Counted from the stretch's first letter, positions 26,993 to 40,091 are shown. The stretch is DNA of 64,000 nt from Eledone cirrhosa (GCA_964016885.1 OZ024759.1:7688001-7752000), one strand, 5' to 3'. The notes: generated by a model not told the origin, from the sequence alone. Numbers and translations: made by a program.

Positions 26993-27702
26993 GGGTGGTG
27001 GTGGTGGTGTATGGGGGTGTGTGGTGGTGGTGGTGGTGGTGGTGGTGGTGGTGGTGGTGGTGGTGGTGGTGTATGGGGGTGTGTGTGGTGGTGGTGGTGG
27101 TGGTGGTGGTGGTGTTGAATGTGGTGGTGGTGGTGGTGGTGGTGGTGTTGAATGTGGTGGTGGTGGTGGTGGTGTATGGGGGTGTGTGTGTGGTGGTGGT
27201 GGTGGTGGTGGTGGTGTTGAATGTGGTGGTGGTGGTGGTGGTGGTGGTGTTGAATGTGGTGGTGGTGGTGGTGGTGTATGGGGGTGTGTGTGGTGGTGGT
27301 GGTGGTGGTGGTGGTGGTGTTGAATGTGGTGGTGGTGGTGGTGGTGGTGGTGGTGTTGAATGTGGTGGTGGTGGTGGTGGTGTTGAATGTGGTGGTGGTG
27401 GTGTATGGGGGTGTGTGTGGTGGTGGTGGTGGTGGTGGTGGTGTTGAATGTGGTGGTGGTGGTGGTGGTGGTAGTGTTGAATGTGGTGGTGGTGGTGGTG
27501 GTGGTGGTGTTGAATGTGGTGGTGGTGGTGGTGGTGTATGGGGGTGTGTGTGGTGGTGGTGGTGGTGGTGTTGAATGTGGTGGTGGTGGTGGTGGTGGTG
27601 GTGGTGGTGTTGAATGTGGTGGTGGTGGTGGTGGTGTTGAATGTGGTGGTGGTGGTGGTGGTGGTGGTGGTGTTGAATGTGGTGGTGGTGGTGGTGGTGG
27701 TA
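26993..27702. repeat. (GGT)n tract punctuated by GTTGAAT and GTATGGGGGTGT
   Basis: Direct inspection. Confidence 0.95.
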
Positions 27703-27754
27703 TAGTGGTTGTTGGGGTTGTATCGACTCCCTCATATTTGTATAACAGTAGTGT

Positions 27755-27950
27755 AAATGAGTGTGGTTAGAATGTGGACAGACTGTACAGGCAAAACTAA
27801 GAGGCAAGGAGACCCTGGATTCGACCCCTGAGCAAGATGGTTAGATAACATCCATGAGCTCAGCTGGTGTCACAGACAAGACCCTCTAGAAGGAGTATTT
27901 GAGGGCTCTGTCCTTACGACCCTCCCAGCAATAACTGGGTGAAGAAGACA
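27755..27950 (+). mobile_element. Highly degenerate RTE-like 3' end
   Basis: ...ARWLDNI... resembling GRP..RW.D.I; GAAGAAGA tail. Confidence 0.35.
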
Positions 27951-27964
27951 ATATCTACATCTTA

Positions 27965-28813
27965 TCTATATATATAAAACTGAGGATGTCTGTCTGTGTG
28001 TGTGTGTGTGTGAGTTTGAATCCCTAAAACTAGAGAAGCACCCAACCGACTGTTTTCAAACTTTACACATGTAATAATGTAATACTTATGTTTCAGGGAG
28101 GGTTCTGAGCAAAAATAATTTCAAATTTTCAATGCCCTTGGGACCGCATTAGGCGATTTAGCGATCTCTCTCTATAATTCTTAGTCTTTCTCTTTTTAGA
28201 CAGATACATACATATAACGTCGCGCCCTTATAATTGTTTCTACTTTAGGCACAAGGCCAGCAATTACCCAGTGCATTACTGGTACTTTATTTTATCGACC
28301 CCGTAAGGATGAAAGGCAAAGTCAACCTCAGCGGGATTTGAACTCAGATCGTAAAGGGACGTAACTATGCTGGAATGGCGTCCGACCCTCTACCGATACT
28401 GCCAATTCACATGTCTGGCTGTCTGCATTACGTCACTTCCCACAATTCCCTCTGCGTCCAGACCGCGCCCTTATAATATCTGTCTGTATGTCTAGCTGTC
28501 TGCATTACGTCACTTCCCACAATTCCCTCTGCGTCCAGACCGCACCCTTATAATATCTATCTGTATGTCTGGCTGTCTGCTGCCTCCGGTTATTCTGCCA
28601 CCCTTGCTCAAGACAAATCTCACACTCATTCCCCAAACAGTTGGTAAGTGCACACAACTTCTTCCTCACGTTTTAAGCCACAGTGTTGCTTAGTTACGTA
28701 CCACCAGACCCTTACTTCTTTGCCATCAGTGGTTGTGGCAATACTAAGCTTAGCTAAGGTGGTTATATATTTCACAATACCTTATCCCGTGCAACACCAG
28801 GTACCACTGCTAG
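27965..28813 (+). mobile_element. Non-autonomous Helitron carrying a nested SINE (28228-28406, minus)
   Basis: A|TCTATATATATAAAACTG start, (GT)n, 3' CCCGTGCAACACCAGG...CTAG|T. Confidence 0.72.
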
Positions 28814-28862
28814 TATACAATATAACTGTTATATATATATACAAATTATAAACTATTATATA

Positions 28863-29051
28863 TGGCGGTGGATTGGCAGTATCGGTAGAGGGTCGGACGC
28901 CATGCTTTCCAGCTTGGTTACGTGCGTTTACGATCTGAGTTCAAATCCCGCCGAGGTTGACTTTGCCTTTCATCCTTACGGGGTCGATAAAATAAAGTAC
29001 CAGTAATGCACTGTGTAATTGCTGGCCTTGTGCCTAAAGTAGAAACAATTA
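28863..29051 (+). mobile_element. Full-length tRNA-derived SINE (family 2)
   Basis: A box TGGCAGTATCGG, B box GAGTTCAAATCC, GGGGTCGATAAAATAAAGTACCAGT; other copies at 15360, 28228, 32860 and 61275. Confidence 0.88.
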
Positions 29052-29515
29052 TATATTATATAAGCTTAGTTGATCATGTTTAGGGATCTAGCTCGATCAC
29101 GTGATGATGGTTGTTTCTGACACGACCCTCTGGGTGGCATGTTTGACTCCCACGACCTTCCCAGGAAAAAGTATTAGTAGTTGTGTAATTGTCATGGCCC
29201 TTGATATTGGTGCTACAACAGTATTGATTTCTAAGTAATGATATGGTAATATTAAACACATATCAAAATTATATTTAACATGAGAAGAGGGGGAGGCAGA
29301 TGTTTGTATAAGTGAGTTTCAGTCATAATGTTACCATGGTTCTCCTCCTGGGGCAAGCTGTCGTGTCCCCGTCACCTTGAGTTGATCAATATTGAAACAA
29401 CTATAATATGCAAATAAGGTTTGTACATATGCTGCAACACTGACTTTGGTTCTACTTACTCTATATATAACTATATATATATATATACACTATATGTATT
29501 CTATGTATTTATATA

Positions 29516-30160
29516 TCATCATCATCATCATCATCATTCGTCGACTACTGTCGAGATGATAGATCTCACTCTCATGCCCCAGAATCCCCCGTCCCCCATC
29601 GCTGCCCCCAGGTCCTGTCTTCTGATTCCCGTATCCCTAGAGATAACGTCAGGGAATGACAGCTTCCTACTCCTAGTCAGGCTGGAGTCAGGGTTCCAGA
29701 GCAAGAGAGCGGATATGATTTCATTGCTGGCACGGTGACAGTGGCCAGCAAATTGAGCTCTCCGGGATTTTAGAAGGGCAGAGGCTCGAGGGAGTTTGCC
29801 ATAGATTTTAGACAAGGTGGGATGTCGTTTCCAGGATAGGTTTTGCACTCTCATTAAGAGGCGGGTATCTGTGCCATCCAATCTCCTCTCAAGTTGTGAA
29901 CAGATGCGCAAACAGCCCAAACTACCCCATCAGAACCCTTAATGGTACCACCCTTAAGCAGGTGGAAGATTACAAGTATCTTGGCTCATATATCTCCTCC
30001 TCCAAAAAAGATTTTCTAACCAGGAAGGGTATGGCATGGTCAGCGTGCAATGACATGCACGCCATATGGACATCTCAACTTACCAACAAGCTAAAACTGG
30101 AAATATTCCAAGCAACCATTAAGCCCATATTACTTTATGGATCCGAAACTTGGACACTAA
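29516..30160. mobile_element. RTE-like LINE (third family) with inverted 5' part: minus 29516-29898, plus ~29896-30160
   Basis: Plus: VEDYKYLGS...LLYGSETWTL. Minus: SQLERRLDG...FAGHC; (ATG)n tail. Confidence 0.85.
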
Positions 30161-30252
30161 CATTTATATATAGATAGATACTGTAGTACAAATTTGGTAG
30201 AAATATTCAAGGGTAAGAGCATTCAGTCCATAGAATGAGTTAAGTATAAATA

Positions 30253-30301
<49 letters not shown>

Positions 30302-30332
30302 CAGTGTTTAACTATATGCATATTTTATCTAT

Positions 30333-30730
30333 CTATCTAGGGCGGGTAAATTCCCGAGATTCATGGACAGGTTCTCTCCAGCAGTCTCTGTCCTTTCTCA
30401 TCGCCTCCATTTCCTGCATCTCCAACAGACCTGTGCTTCTCTTTAGGGCATCAACATACGTTAACCTTGGTCTCCCTCTTCCAGTGTGTCCATGCAGAGG
30501 CTCCCACAGGAGCATTGAGTGCAATGTCAACGCTGGATGTTGGTGAGCATGTCCAGCTAACCTCAGTCTCCTCTGTGTCACTTTTGAGCTGACTTTTGGG
30601 AGGCTCCCATACAGCTCTGAGTTCTTCATCCTCAGTGTAGACTGATTAATGTTCAGAGCCATCCTCAGCATTCTCGTGTAACACCCATCCACCATCTGAG
30701 TGAGTTTCTTGGTCAGTGTCCAAGTCTCAA
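30333..30730 (-). mobile_element. RTE-like LINE 3' fragment, same family as 21249
   Basis: ETWTLTKKLTQMVDGCYTRMLRMAL is identical between copies. Confidence 0.9.
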
Positions 30731-30989
30731 ACATATTCTCTCTCTATATATATATATGATGGCTACAAACTCACCCTAAGACTATTGCTTGTCAAATTCA
30801 CATGTGTGACACCTGGATATGTCTTTTCAAGCCTGCCAGAGACTTGCACTCGGCATATTGACGACAAATATGGATCTCCCTGGCCTCAGTTCTTACATCA
30901 GGTTCTTGTGAACCTTCACATGCCACTTCAGTCCTGCTACAGACCGACATTCTTTACCACATTACATGTTGCAATACCATGGAGATCAT

Positions 30990-31310
30990 AGTTCACTGAT
31001 TCTCTCTGAACATGGCTGCGACTGTGGCTCCTGAGACAAGATTTGCTCAAGAACACCTTTCCACACTCAGGACACACCAATTCAATGGAGACACTGATTG
31101 GTTCAAGAGATACATGTTTGATCTTCTCGCACTCTATATGTCTCTTCTCAAAATTACGGACCCCACCATTCACCATTCCGTGCCAAGTTTCTCTTTCAAG
31201 AGCTTTTATCTCCCAGTCAGCCATCATCAAACCATTTTTTTTCAATGAGTCCTTTATGCAATCTTTGAATCAGAGTTTTGCTTGGTGAGGTGCTCTCTCA
31301 GCTCACCAGG
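30990..31310 (-). mobile_element. BovB-type RTE 3' end with C-terminal C2H2 finger
   Basis: WE..A.ER..W...V..G...FE...CPECGKVFLSKSCLRSHSRSH. Confidence 0.7.
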
Positions 31311-31406
31311 ATTTGATGATGTCAGGTTGCTCTTGAGTGCTACTAGTAACATGTAACCTAGTACACCAGTCTCATGGTCGTCGGCAATTAAACCGGCTAC
31401 CCCGGT

Positions 31407-31471
31407 TATTTTATTATATATATTTCAAGGGCAACCAAGCCAATCTTGGTGCGCTTTCATCAGATAAAATA
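31407..31471 (-). ncRNA. Minimal type I hammerhead ribozyme motif
   Basis: TATTTTAT-CTGATGA-AAGCGCACCAAG/CTTGGTTGCCCTT-GAAAT-ATAT-ATA-ATAAAATA. Confidence 0.8.
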
Positions 31472-31657
31472 CAAAATTTGTTTTATAAATAACGACATAA
31501 CCATAGAAATCAGCCTTAGCGGTTTAAAATTCGTTTGATATCTTGGAATATTTACTCCAGTTACATGTTGAGTCCTCTATATCAGTTATAAGCATTTATG
31601 TTTGTTGGAATTCCAACAAATTAAATATAACTTCTACATATATATATATATATATTA

Positions 31658-32100
31658 TAAAATAACAGGAGGCTGGACTGGTGTAAATCCCTGAAAGGTT
31701 TATTATACTAAGATCATTTCAATGACCGGGTTCCGTATGAATCCGGTGACCGACCGGAGTAGAAGCTGTTAAATGTTCGGTCGCCCTTATGTCTCTGATT
31801 TTCAGCCCCATGGATTTTGTCTGTTATATTTTGTCTTGTTAAATTTCGAATACCTGATGATGTCACTGGATTCATACTGAATCTGGTCATTGAAATGTTC
31901 ATAGTATAATAAACCTTTCAAGGAAGTACACCAGTCCAGCCTCCTGTTATTTTCTAATAATTAACTCCGTACTCGCACCACCAACTACACAAACGAAGAT
32001 GGGTGAGTTGCATTACGTTGAGTGCTCTCCGTAATATTACATCGAGGTTGACCATACGGAATGACCAGTTCTATCCAGTGGTGAACCAACAAACCTAAAT
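31658..32100 (+). mobile_element. Fold-back module with hammerhead motif at 31850-31907
   Basis: Inverted arms ~31658-31750 / 31862-31953; ATAC-CTGATGA-stem II-GAAAT-GTTC-ATA-GTAT (GATC loop in the inverted copy). Confidence 0.7.
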
Positions 32101-32127
32101 AAATATATATATACATATATATATCAA

Positions 32128-32245
32128 TTTTGGTACGCTCTCATCAGATAAAATACAAAATTTGTTTTATCTGATGAGAGCGTACCAAAGTTTTTGGTAC
32201 CCTTGAAATATATATAATAGAATAAATATGGTTTTATAAATATAT
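32128..32245 (+). ncRNA. Hammerhead motif (32165-32222) preceded by an inverted partial copy
   Basis: TTTTAT-CTGATGA-GAGCGTACCAAA/TTTGGTACCCTT-GAAAT-ATAT-ATA-ATAGAA. Confidence 0.8.
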
Positions 32246-32722
32246 TGTTATACTTTGGGAGGGTCATGTTGCCAATAAGAAACACACGCACCAGTTGCTT
32301 TCACTTCAATTTATTATAATAAATTTATAAATTTAGGAATTTATAAATTTCCTGTTGGTTGGTTGGTTCCACAACCAGATGGTTGTTTATATATTGTCAA
32401 AGTTCTTTCGTCACACATTCTGTGACCTCTTCAGTGACTGGGGATTCTTTTCCTTGTTTTTGTGCCTCTCCTTTGTTCTGTCCTACGCTATTTTGTTTCT
32501 GTGTGTGTGTTGTGTGCCAAAGTATAACAATATCGGTTTCAACACATGTTTTCAGATAAAGAATCTTGCTAAACAAATTCAGAAACGAAATATTTATAAA
32601 TATAGTTTTCCATATATTAATATCATTGATATTATACTCCAGGAAAACTGTTGAGTGCTTCGAATCTGTTATAAATAAATAAATAAATTTGTTGAATTAC
32701 CAACAAATTAAATATCTCTTTA

Positions 32723-32780
<58 letters not shown>

Positions 32781-32859
32781 ATATAGAAATGGCTCCTACA
32801 GGACTAGAACTATTTCCATTTGAATGAAACAGTAGCCTGAAGAAGCCATTTCTATATTA

Positions 32860-33049
32860 AATAATTGTTTCTACTTTTGGCACAAGGCCAGCAATTACTC
32901 AGTGCATTACTGGTACTTTAATTTATCGACCCCGTAAGGATGAAAGGCAAAGCTGACCTCGGCGGGATTTGAACTCAGAATAGCAAGGGCCGTAACTCTA
33001 TACGTCAAAGCATGGCATCCGACCCTTTACCAATACTGCCAATCCACCG
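32860..33049 (-). mobile_element. tRNA-derived SINE (family 2)
   Basis: Reverse complement of 28863-29051. Confidence 0.85.
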
Positions 33050-33144
33050 ATATATGATGCTTAAACTCTAATAATATATTGAGTACTTCTTTTAACTGTG
33101 GTTACCCCCCCGACTCTACTCGGGATCTACACACACACATATAT

Positions 33145-34272
33145 ATGGAGTTTAGTGAGGAATTCCAGATACAATTAGGAGTACATCAGGGTTCGGTCCT
33201 CAGCCCGCTCTTGTTCATTATAGTCCTCCAAGCCATAACAGAGGAGTTTAAGACTGGCTGTCCATGGGAACTTCTCTATGCTGACGATCTGGTTCTTATA
33301 GCAGAATCAGTAGAGGAGCTAGAGAATAAATTCTGGCTGTCGAAACAGCAGTTGGAATCAAGAGGACTGAGAGTGAACCTAGCTAAGACAAAAGTGTTGA
33401 TGAGTAGAAAAGAGGACAAAACCCTGATTCCGTCAGGGAAATGGCCATGTTCAATATGCAGAAAAGGTGTTGGCATAAATTCTATAAAATGCACGCACAC
33501 AATGCAGATCTTGGGTACACAAGAGATATAGCGGGATAGCAGGCAAACTAACAGGTAGGGAGAAATACGTATGCAGTAGATGTACAGGGAAATTAGACAG
33601 TAGAGGTCGCACTGATAGACACATTTTTCAAATGCGGGAGGGCGCTATAGAAGTGGTGGATAGCTTCCGGTACCTAGGAGGTCAGATTAGCATGGGGGGG
33701 GGGGGGGGTTCTGAGGCCATAGTATCTAGAATAAGGACGGGTTGGAAGAAGTTTAGGGAGCTGCTTCCTCTGCTGACGAAGAAGGGTTTCTCCCTGCGTA
33801 CGAAAGGCCATTTATATGATGCGTGTGTAAGGTGCGCGATGCTGCGTGGTAGTGAGACATGGCCAACAACTGCAGAGGATATGCGATGGCTGGAAAGAAA
33901 TGAAGCAAGTATGCTCCATTGGATGTGCAGTGTCAATGTGTGTGAACGACCCAGCATGAATGTGTTGAGAGAGAAACTGGGTCTGAGAGGGATAGAATGT
34001 AGTGTACGGGAGAGGAGACTGAGGTGGTATGGACATGTGATGCGCATGGAGGATGACCGATGGGTGAAGAAGTGCCAAGAAATGCCAGTTGAAGGAAGAC
34101 GTGGTAAAGGTAGACCACGAAAAACATGGGCGGAGGTGGTGAGAGCAGACGTCAGATCGTTGAAGCTCATGGTGGAGATGACGAAGGACCGGGACAAGTG
34201 GAGAGTTGCTGTGCTGAATAAGACCTGTCCCACCCTTGCAATCAGGGAAAAGCGGACGTAAAATGATGATGA
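33145..34272 (+). mobile_element. 5'-truncated RTE LINE, frameshifted, with 3' tail
   Basis: GVHQGSVLSP, YADDL, Cys-rich insert, LRWYGHV, (ATG)n tail. Confidence 0.92.
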
Positions 34273-34289
34273 TATATATATATATCTTT

Positions 34290-34495
34290 CTATCTAAGGC
34301 GGGTAAAATTCCTGAGATCCATGGACGAGTTCTCTCCAGTGTTTTCTGTCCATCATCATCGCCACTATGTCCTGCGTCTCCCAGAGACTCATATCTGTCC
34401 TTAGAGCTTTCTGTGTGTCCATGCAGGGGCTCCCACACGACCACTGAGTGTAGTGTCAACTCTGAATGTCAGTGAGCATGTCCAACTAACCTCAT
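34290..34495 (-). mobile_element. RTE-like 3' fragment (21249 family)
   Basis: WEPLHGHT; similar to 21249-21480. Confidence 0.8.
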
Positions 34496-34556
34496 ACATA
34501 TATATATATATATATATTAACTGTGATTACCCCCTCGATTCTTCTTGGGATCCATG

Positions 34557-34900
34557 TATCATCATCATCATCATCATCATCATCGTTTAACGTCCATGTT
34601 CCACGCTTGCATGGGTTTGGACGGGAGTTTTCCCACTTGAGGCAAGAGTGGTTGTCTTGCTCGCATAGGACTGTCTGGCGGGTTTTCTACAGTTGGATGC
34701 CCTTCCTAACACCAGCCACATTTACAGTGTGGGACTGGGAGGTTTTTACCGTGTTGCCTACACGGCCACATTACAGCGTGGACTGTCTGGCGGGTTTTCT
34801 ACAGTTGGATGCCCTTCCTAACACCAACCACATTTACAGTGTGGGGCTGGGAGGTTTTTACCGTGTTGCCTACACGGTCACATTACAGCGTGGACTATAT
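34557..34900 (-). mobile_element. RTE 3' UTR fragment with two 112-bp units and (ATG)n tail
   Basis: Reverse complement of ~43040-43265 and 60500-60737. Confidence 0.8.
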
Positions 34901-35674
34901 GTTTACACATCTATATTTATATATAAAAGCAGCCAGTCCACATTGTAAAGTGGTTGGCGTTAGGAAGGGCATCCAGCCATAGAAACTCTGTAACTCCCAC
35001 CTCCGGGTTGTCAGAGAGATGGGTAGATCTCAAAATCATCAAACATGGGGTTTAACTGCTGCTTGTCGTGAATCCTGGACTCGGTGATGGCTATCACATC
35101 TATATAGTGTGACCTGAGGTCATTTAAAAATTAGCCCTGTTTCCAGGGCCTGCCCAGGCCATGTACATTCAAACATCCAACTTGTATAGTTACCATGTTG
35201 GTGAAGAAGAGTTGATGAAGGAACACTTACCTTTTAGTTTCCTGGAGATCGGGTTGTTTGATCTCCATGTCCAGATTGGTGGTGTTTTTTGGGGGGGAAT
35301 CCTTTTAGCAGGACACGGTTAAGGGGTTTTTGACAGGGAGGGGGGGCACATCACATGGGAAATTCTGTCTCAAGGTTTCATATTGTAGGGTTGTGACCCT
35401 GATTAATTTCAGGTTTGTGGGTGGGTCATTTTTTGGGAAAGACTTGCCTTCTATTTGGATGGTGGGGTCCTTTCGGACAGTTTCTGCTAGTTTTTTGTTT
35501 GTGGTTCTTATGTATATGTAGTGTGTTTTGTTTTTCATGTGTGCTGTTTCTTTTTGTAGTTGTGGTTTGTGATTGTGGAAAAGATGGCAGGAACAAGCCA
35601 TTCCGAAAACCTTGGAATACCTTACATCTAGGGTAGGAATATTGTTTTCTTTTGCTATTTGTATTTCCTCCCTC

Positions 35675-36403
35675 CTATGTGTTGGTGTGTATCTGTGTAT
35701 GTGTGTGTTGGTGTGTATCTGTGTATGTGTGTGTTGGTGTGTATCTGTGTATGTGTGTGTTGGTGTATATCTGTGTATGTGTGTGTTGGTGTATATCTGT
35801 GTGTGTTGGTGTATATCTGTGTGTGTTGGTGTGTATCTGTGTATGTGTGTGTTGGTGTATATCTGTGTATGTGTGTGTCTGTGTATATCTGTATGTGTGT
35901 GTCGGTGTGTATCTGTGTATGTGTGTGTTGGTGTATATCTGTGTATGTGTGTGTTGGTGTGTATCTGTGTATGTGTGTGTTGGTGTGTATCTGTGTATGT
36001 GTGTGTTGGTGTGTATCTGTGTATGTGTGTGTTGGTGTGTATCTGTGTGTTAGTGTGTATCTGTGTATGTGTGTGTTGGTGTATATCTGTATGTGTGTAT
36101 CTGTGTATGTGTGTGTTGGTGTATATCTGTGTGTGTTGGTGTGTATCTGTGTGTGTCTATGTATATCTGTATGTGTGTGTTGGTGTGTATCTGTATGTAT
36201 GTGTCTGTGTATCCGTGTATGTATGTGTCTGTGTATATCTGTTTGTGTGTGTCTGTGTATATCTGTATGTTGGTGTATATCTGTATGTGTGTATCTGTGT
36301 ATGCGTGTGTTGGTGTGTATCTGTGTATGTGTGTGTTGGTGTATATGTGTATGGGTGTATCTGTCTATGTGTATGTTGGTGTGTATCTGTGTGTGTCTGT
36401 GTG
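35675..36403. repeat. GT-based ~26-bp minisatellite
   Basis: Recurrent GTTGGTGTGTATCTGTGTATGTGTGT. Confidence 0.9.
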
Positions 36404-36539
36404 AGCAGTGTAATTATCACAAGAGCTGCATAGTTACATAAACATTATATTGGTGACAGGCTGGTTTCATACCTGAACAGATTATTTTATTGAAGACAAA
36501 ACATCCATACATTTACTAGACATTCCTCAAATATATATA

Positions 36540-38835
36540 TCATCACCGTTTTAGGTTCATTCTTCCACGCTGGCATGGGTTAGACGAGTTGTCCTGTTGT
36601 GGGCAGTGCCAGGTCAGGTGACCATGTCTTACTCTTACAGAACTGATTCTGGCTTGAGTTCTACAGCTGGATGCCCTTCCTAACACCAACCTCATTTACA
36701 GTGAGTGCTGGGTGCTTTTTTATCGTGACACCTACTCAACCACTTTACAGTGGGAAGGGTGGGGGCATATTGTCTTTATGCTTCAGCTTTGGCTTCGACC
36801 CTTGGGAAGTCGGGTCTTCTGTATTACTGCGTGATGCCAGAGGTCACGGTCGTGTGTCATCACCTTTGAGGGGCAATTGGGTAAGGTCGGCTTTTATCAC
36901 CTCATCCCAGGTCATCATGGGTTTCCCTATTCCGCAGCTTCCATCGACTTCTAGTGCTCTGCACCTTTTTATGCAGCTGTCATCCTTCATATGCATCACA
37001 TGTCCATACCAACGCAACCACCTCTCCTGCACACAGCATTTGATTCCTCTTATGCTCAGTCTCTCTCTCAATTCGTTTATGCTTTGTCGTTCGCGTATAT
37101 TACTGTTACACATCCATCGGAGCATGCAGGCTTCGTTTCTCTCTAATCTACGCAAGTCTTCTACAGACAGCGCCCAGGTCTCACTACCATGTAACATTGC
37201 TGTTTGTATACACGCATCATACAGTCTGCCTTTCTTTTTGAGGGAAAAACCTTTTGCAGCTAGCAGTGGTAGTAACTCCCTGAACTTCTTCCATCCTGTT
37301 CTTACCCTGGTTTCTGAACACCCACCTCCGCTTCTAATTCGGTCACCTAGGTAGCAGAAGCTGTCTACTGTTTCTGCAGAGCCCTCTCAGAGTTTGGTGG
37401 TACTTGTTTCCAGTGGCCATTTGCTGTTTATTGTCCTGGTGCAACTGCTACATGTAAAGTCTACATACTTAGCTAAGCTTCCTTAGATCCCACTACATCT
37501 CTTGTGTACCCATAGTTTGCATTTGGGGCAGAGGATGGAATTTCTTCCTATACCTTTCCTACATACTGAGCAAGGCCATTTCCCTGAGGGGATCTGGGTT
37601 CTGTTTCTCTTCTACTTATGAGGACCTTAGTCTTTGCCAGGTTGACCTTGAGACCCCTTCTTTCTAGACCCTGTTTCCATGTTTGGAATTTCTTCTGTAG
37701 TTCCACCATAGATTCAGCTATAAGTGTAAGATCATCTGCATATAGAAGTTTCCATTGGCATCCAGTCTTAAACTCCCCTGTTATAGCCAGCAATACTATA
37801 ATGAACAGGAGAGGGCTAAAAACAGAGCCTTGGTGGACACCAACCCGTATGCTAAACTCCTTGCTATAGTCATTGTTAACCCTAACTTTGTTGACTGCTC
37901 CCCTATACTTGGCTTGTACAGCCTTCACAAGCCATTCATCTCTCTTAGTTTTCTAAGGGCCCACCAGATAGCGCGGGGGACACTGTCGAAGGCTTTTTCC
38001 AGATCGACAAATGCAAGGTAGAGTGGCTTACTTTTAGCTAGGTACTTTTCCTGTAACTGCCTCACAAGGAAGAGGGCATCAGTGGTGCCTCTTCCTGGCA
38101 CAAACCCAAATTGCATCTCATCTAGTTTCCCCCGGTCCCTAATCAACTGTGATATAACTCTTTCTGTTACTTTCATGACCTGGTCCATCAACTTTATACC
38201 TCTATAGTTTCCTCTATCTAGTGCATCGCCTTTACCTTTGTAGCAGTTGACAATGATGCTACTGCACCAATCCTTTGGTATGACACCTTCTAGTATTACC
38301 TGGTTAACAATACGTGTGGTTATAGTGTGACCTACCGACCCAGATGCTTTCAGCATCTCGGCAGCTATACCCGATGGACCGGTTGCCTTCCCCATCTTCA
38401 TATCTTTGATTACCTTACTTACTACGCTGCTGCTGACTTGTACTGCTGGCCCCTCTATAGGGTCTATTTGGGGTAGGTTCTCTTTCTCCCATGCATTCTC
38501 CTCATTTAGTAATCTATCATAATGACTCTTCCATGCGGCTTTCTTCTCTGCATTTGTGAAGATGACCTGGGATGAGGTGATAAAAGCCGACCTTACCCAA
38601 TTGCACCTCTCAAAGGCGATGACCTTTATCATTCCGGGTACACTTCTCTCCAATGACATCACAACTATCTCTGACACACTGCCTCGCAATCTTGAACACC
38701 TCCTGTTTCTGGTCCTCACGTTGCAAAACATGCTTGAATTTTCTATCCTCTGCTTCCCTCCTAGCTAAGTATACTTGTCGCCTAGCTTCCCTCCTGGTCT
38801 CTATGTAATGTACCCTGCTCCCCCCATTCTACCAT
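36540..38835 (-). mobile_element. 5'-truncated RTE LINE (~2.3 kb), degenerate, with 3' UTR
   Basis: NYRGIKL, QFGFVPGRGTTDA, FVDLEKAFD, GVHQGS, YADD, RWYGHV; several frameshifts. Confidence 0.93.
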
Positions 38836-39441
38836 TCATCATCATCATCATCATCATCACCGTCACTGTTTTATGTCCGTTCTTCCATGCTAGCATGGGT
38901 TAGACGGGTTGTCCTGTTGTGGGCAGTGTCCGGTCGGCTGACCATGCCTTGCTCATACGGGAACTGATTCTGGCTTGATTTCTACAGCTGGATGCCCTTC
39001 CTAACACCAACCTCATTTACAGTGAGTGCTGGGTGCTTTTTTCCGTGGCACCTACACGTCCACTTTACAGTGTGGGCTGGGTGCTTTTTATCGTAGCACC
39101 TCCACGACCATTTTGCAGTGGGAGGGGGTGGGGGCATATTGTCTTTATGCTTCAGCTTCGGCTTGTACCCGTGGGGGGTTGGGTCTTTGTATTATTGCAT
39201 AACGCCAGTGGTCACAATCATGTGTCATTGCCTTCGAGAAGTGCAATTGGGTAAGGTCGGCTTTTAACACCTCATCCCAAGTCTTCTTAGTTCTCCCCAC
39301 TCCACGGTTTCCATCGACTTCTAGTGCTCTGCACCTTTTTATGCAGCTGTCATCCTTCATACACATCACATGTCCATACCAACACAACCTCCTCTCCTGC
39401 ACACAGCATTTGATTCCTCTTATGCTCAGTCTCTCTCTCAA
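38836..39441 (-). mobile_element. RTE LINE 3' fragment with 3' UTR and (ATG)n tail
   Basis: Near copy of 36540-37070. Confidence 0.9.
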
Positions 39442-39560
39442 TAAATATATGTATTAGAAAGAAACGAGGAAGTTTCGTTTACATGTAAAATATATTTATT
39501 GTGTATTGACCTGTTATGCACATTTTGCAGAGGATTGGCTCAAGGTCAGCAATAGGAGTT

Positions 39561-39614
39561 ATGGACCCTACTCCACTAATGGACCCTACTCCACTAATGG
39601 ACCCTACTCCACTA
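39561..39614. repeat. 18-bp tandem repeat x3
   Basis: ATGGACCCTACTCCACTA. Confidence 0.9.
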
Positions 39615-39879
39615 TCATAAGTGATTAAATGTTCTAAACACTCTTTGATTGTTATTTGTAAAGTATTTCGGCTCTGTAATATACTTGGTATTTTACATCG
39701 AGCTATTCTCATACTTGTAATTGGAAAATATTTAACATTACCAACATTATATATATATATATATATAGATTTCTATATATATAGATTTCTATCAACCAAT
39801 GACCTACACCCATCCCACTCCCCACCCTCTCCTACCACTTGTAGAGACCTATAAATACCATACTTATTTTTTGATACCC

Positions 39880-39930
39880 AGATTCCTGATGATTTCTAAA
39901 GAATGAAACAGTTCTAGTCCTGTAGAATCT
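39880..39930 (+). ncRNA. Type I hammerhead ribozyme motif with 4-bp stem III
   Basis: AGATTC-CTGATGA-TTTCTAAAGAAT-GAAACAG-TTCTAGTC-CTGTA-GAATCT. Confidence 0.8.
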
Positions 39931-40012
39931 CATCTATATTAAAACTTTTATACTCTGCAATGTATTGAGTACCTTACTTACTGTGGTTACCTCCGACTCA
40001 ACCCGGAATAAC

Positions 40013-40091
<79 letters not shown>

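Noticed and set aside
30990-31080. Host C2H2 zinc-finger gene
   Set aside because: It is a single finger directly after RTE C-terminal motifs, typical of BovB-type LINE ends.
35560-35632. Possible host exon (pyrimidine tract-AG ... GGTAGG)
   Set aside because: It is short, with no recognisable protein and no partner exons, and cannot be supported without RNA data.
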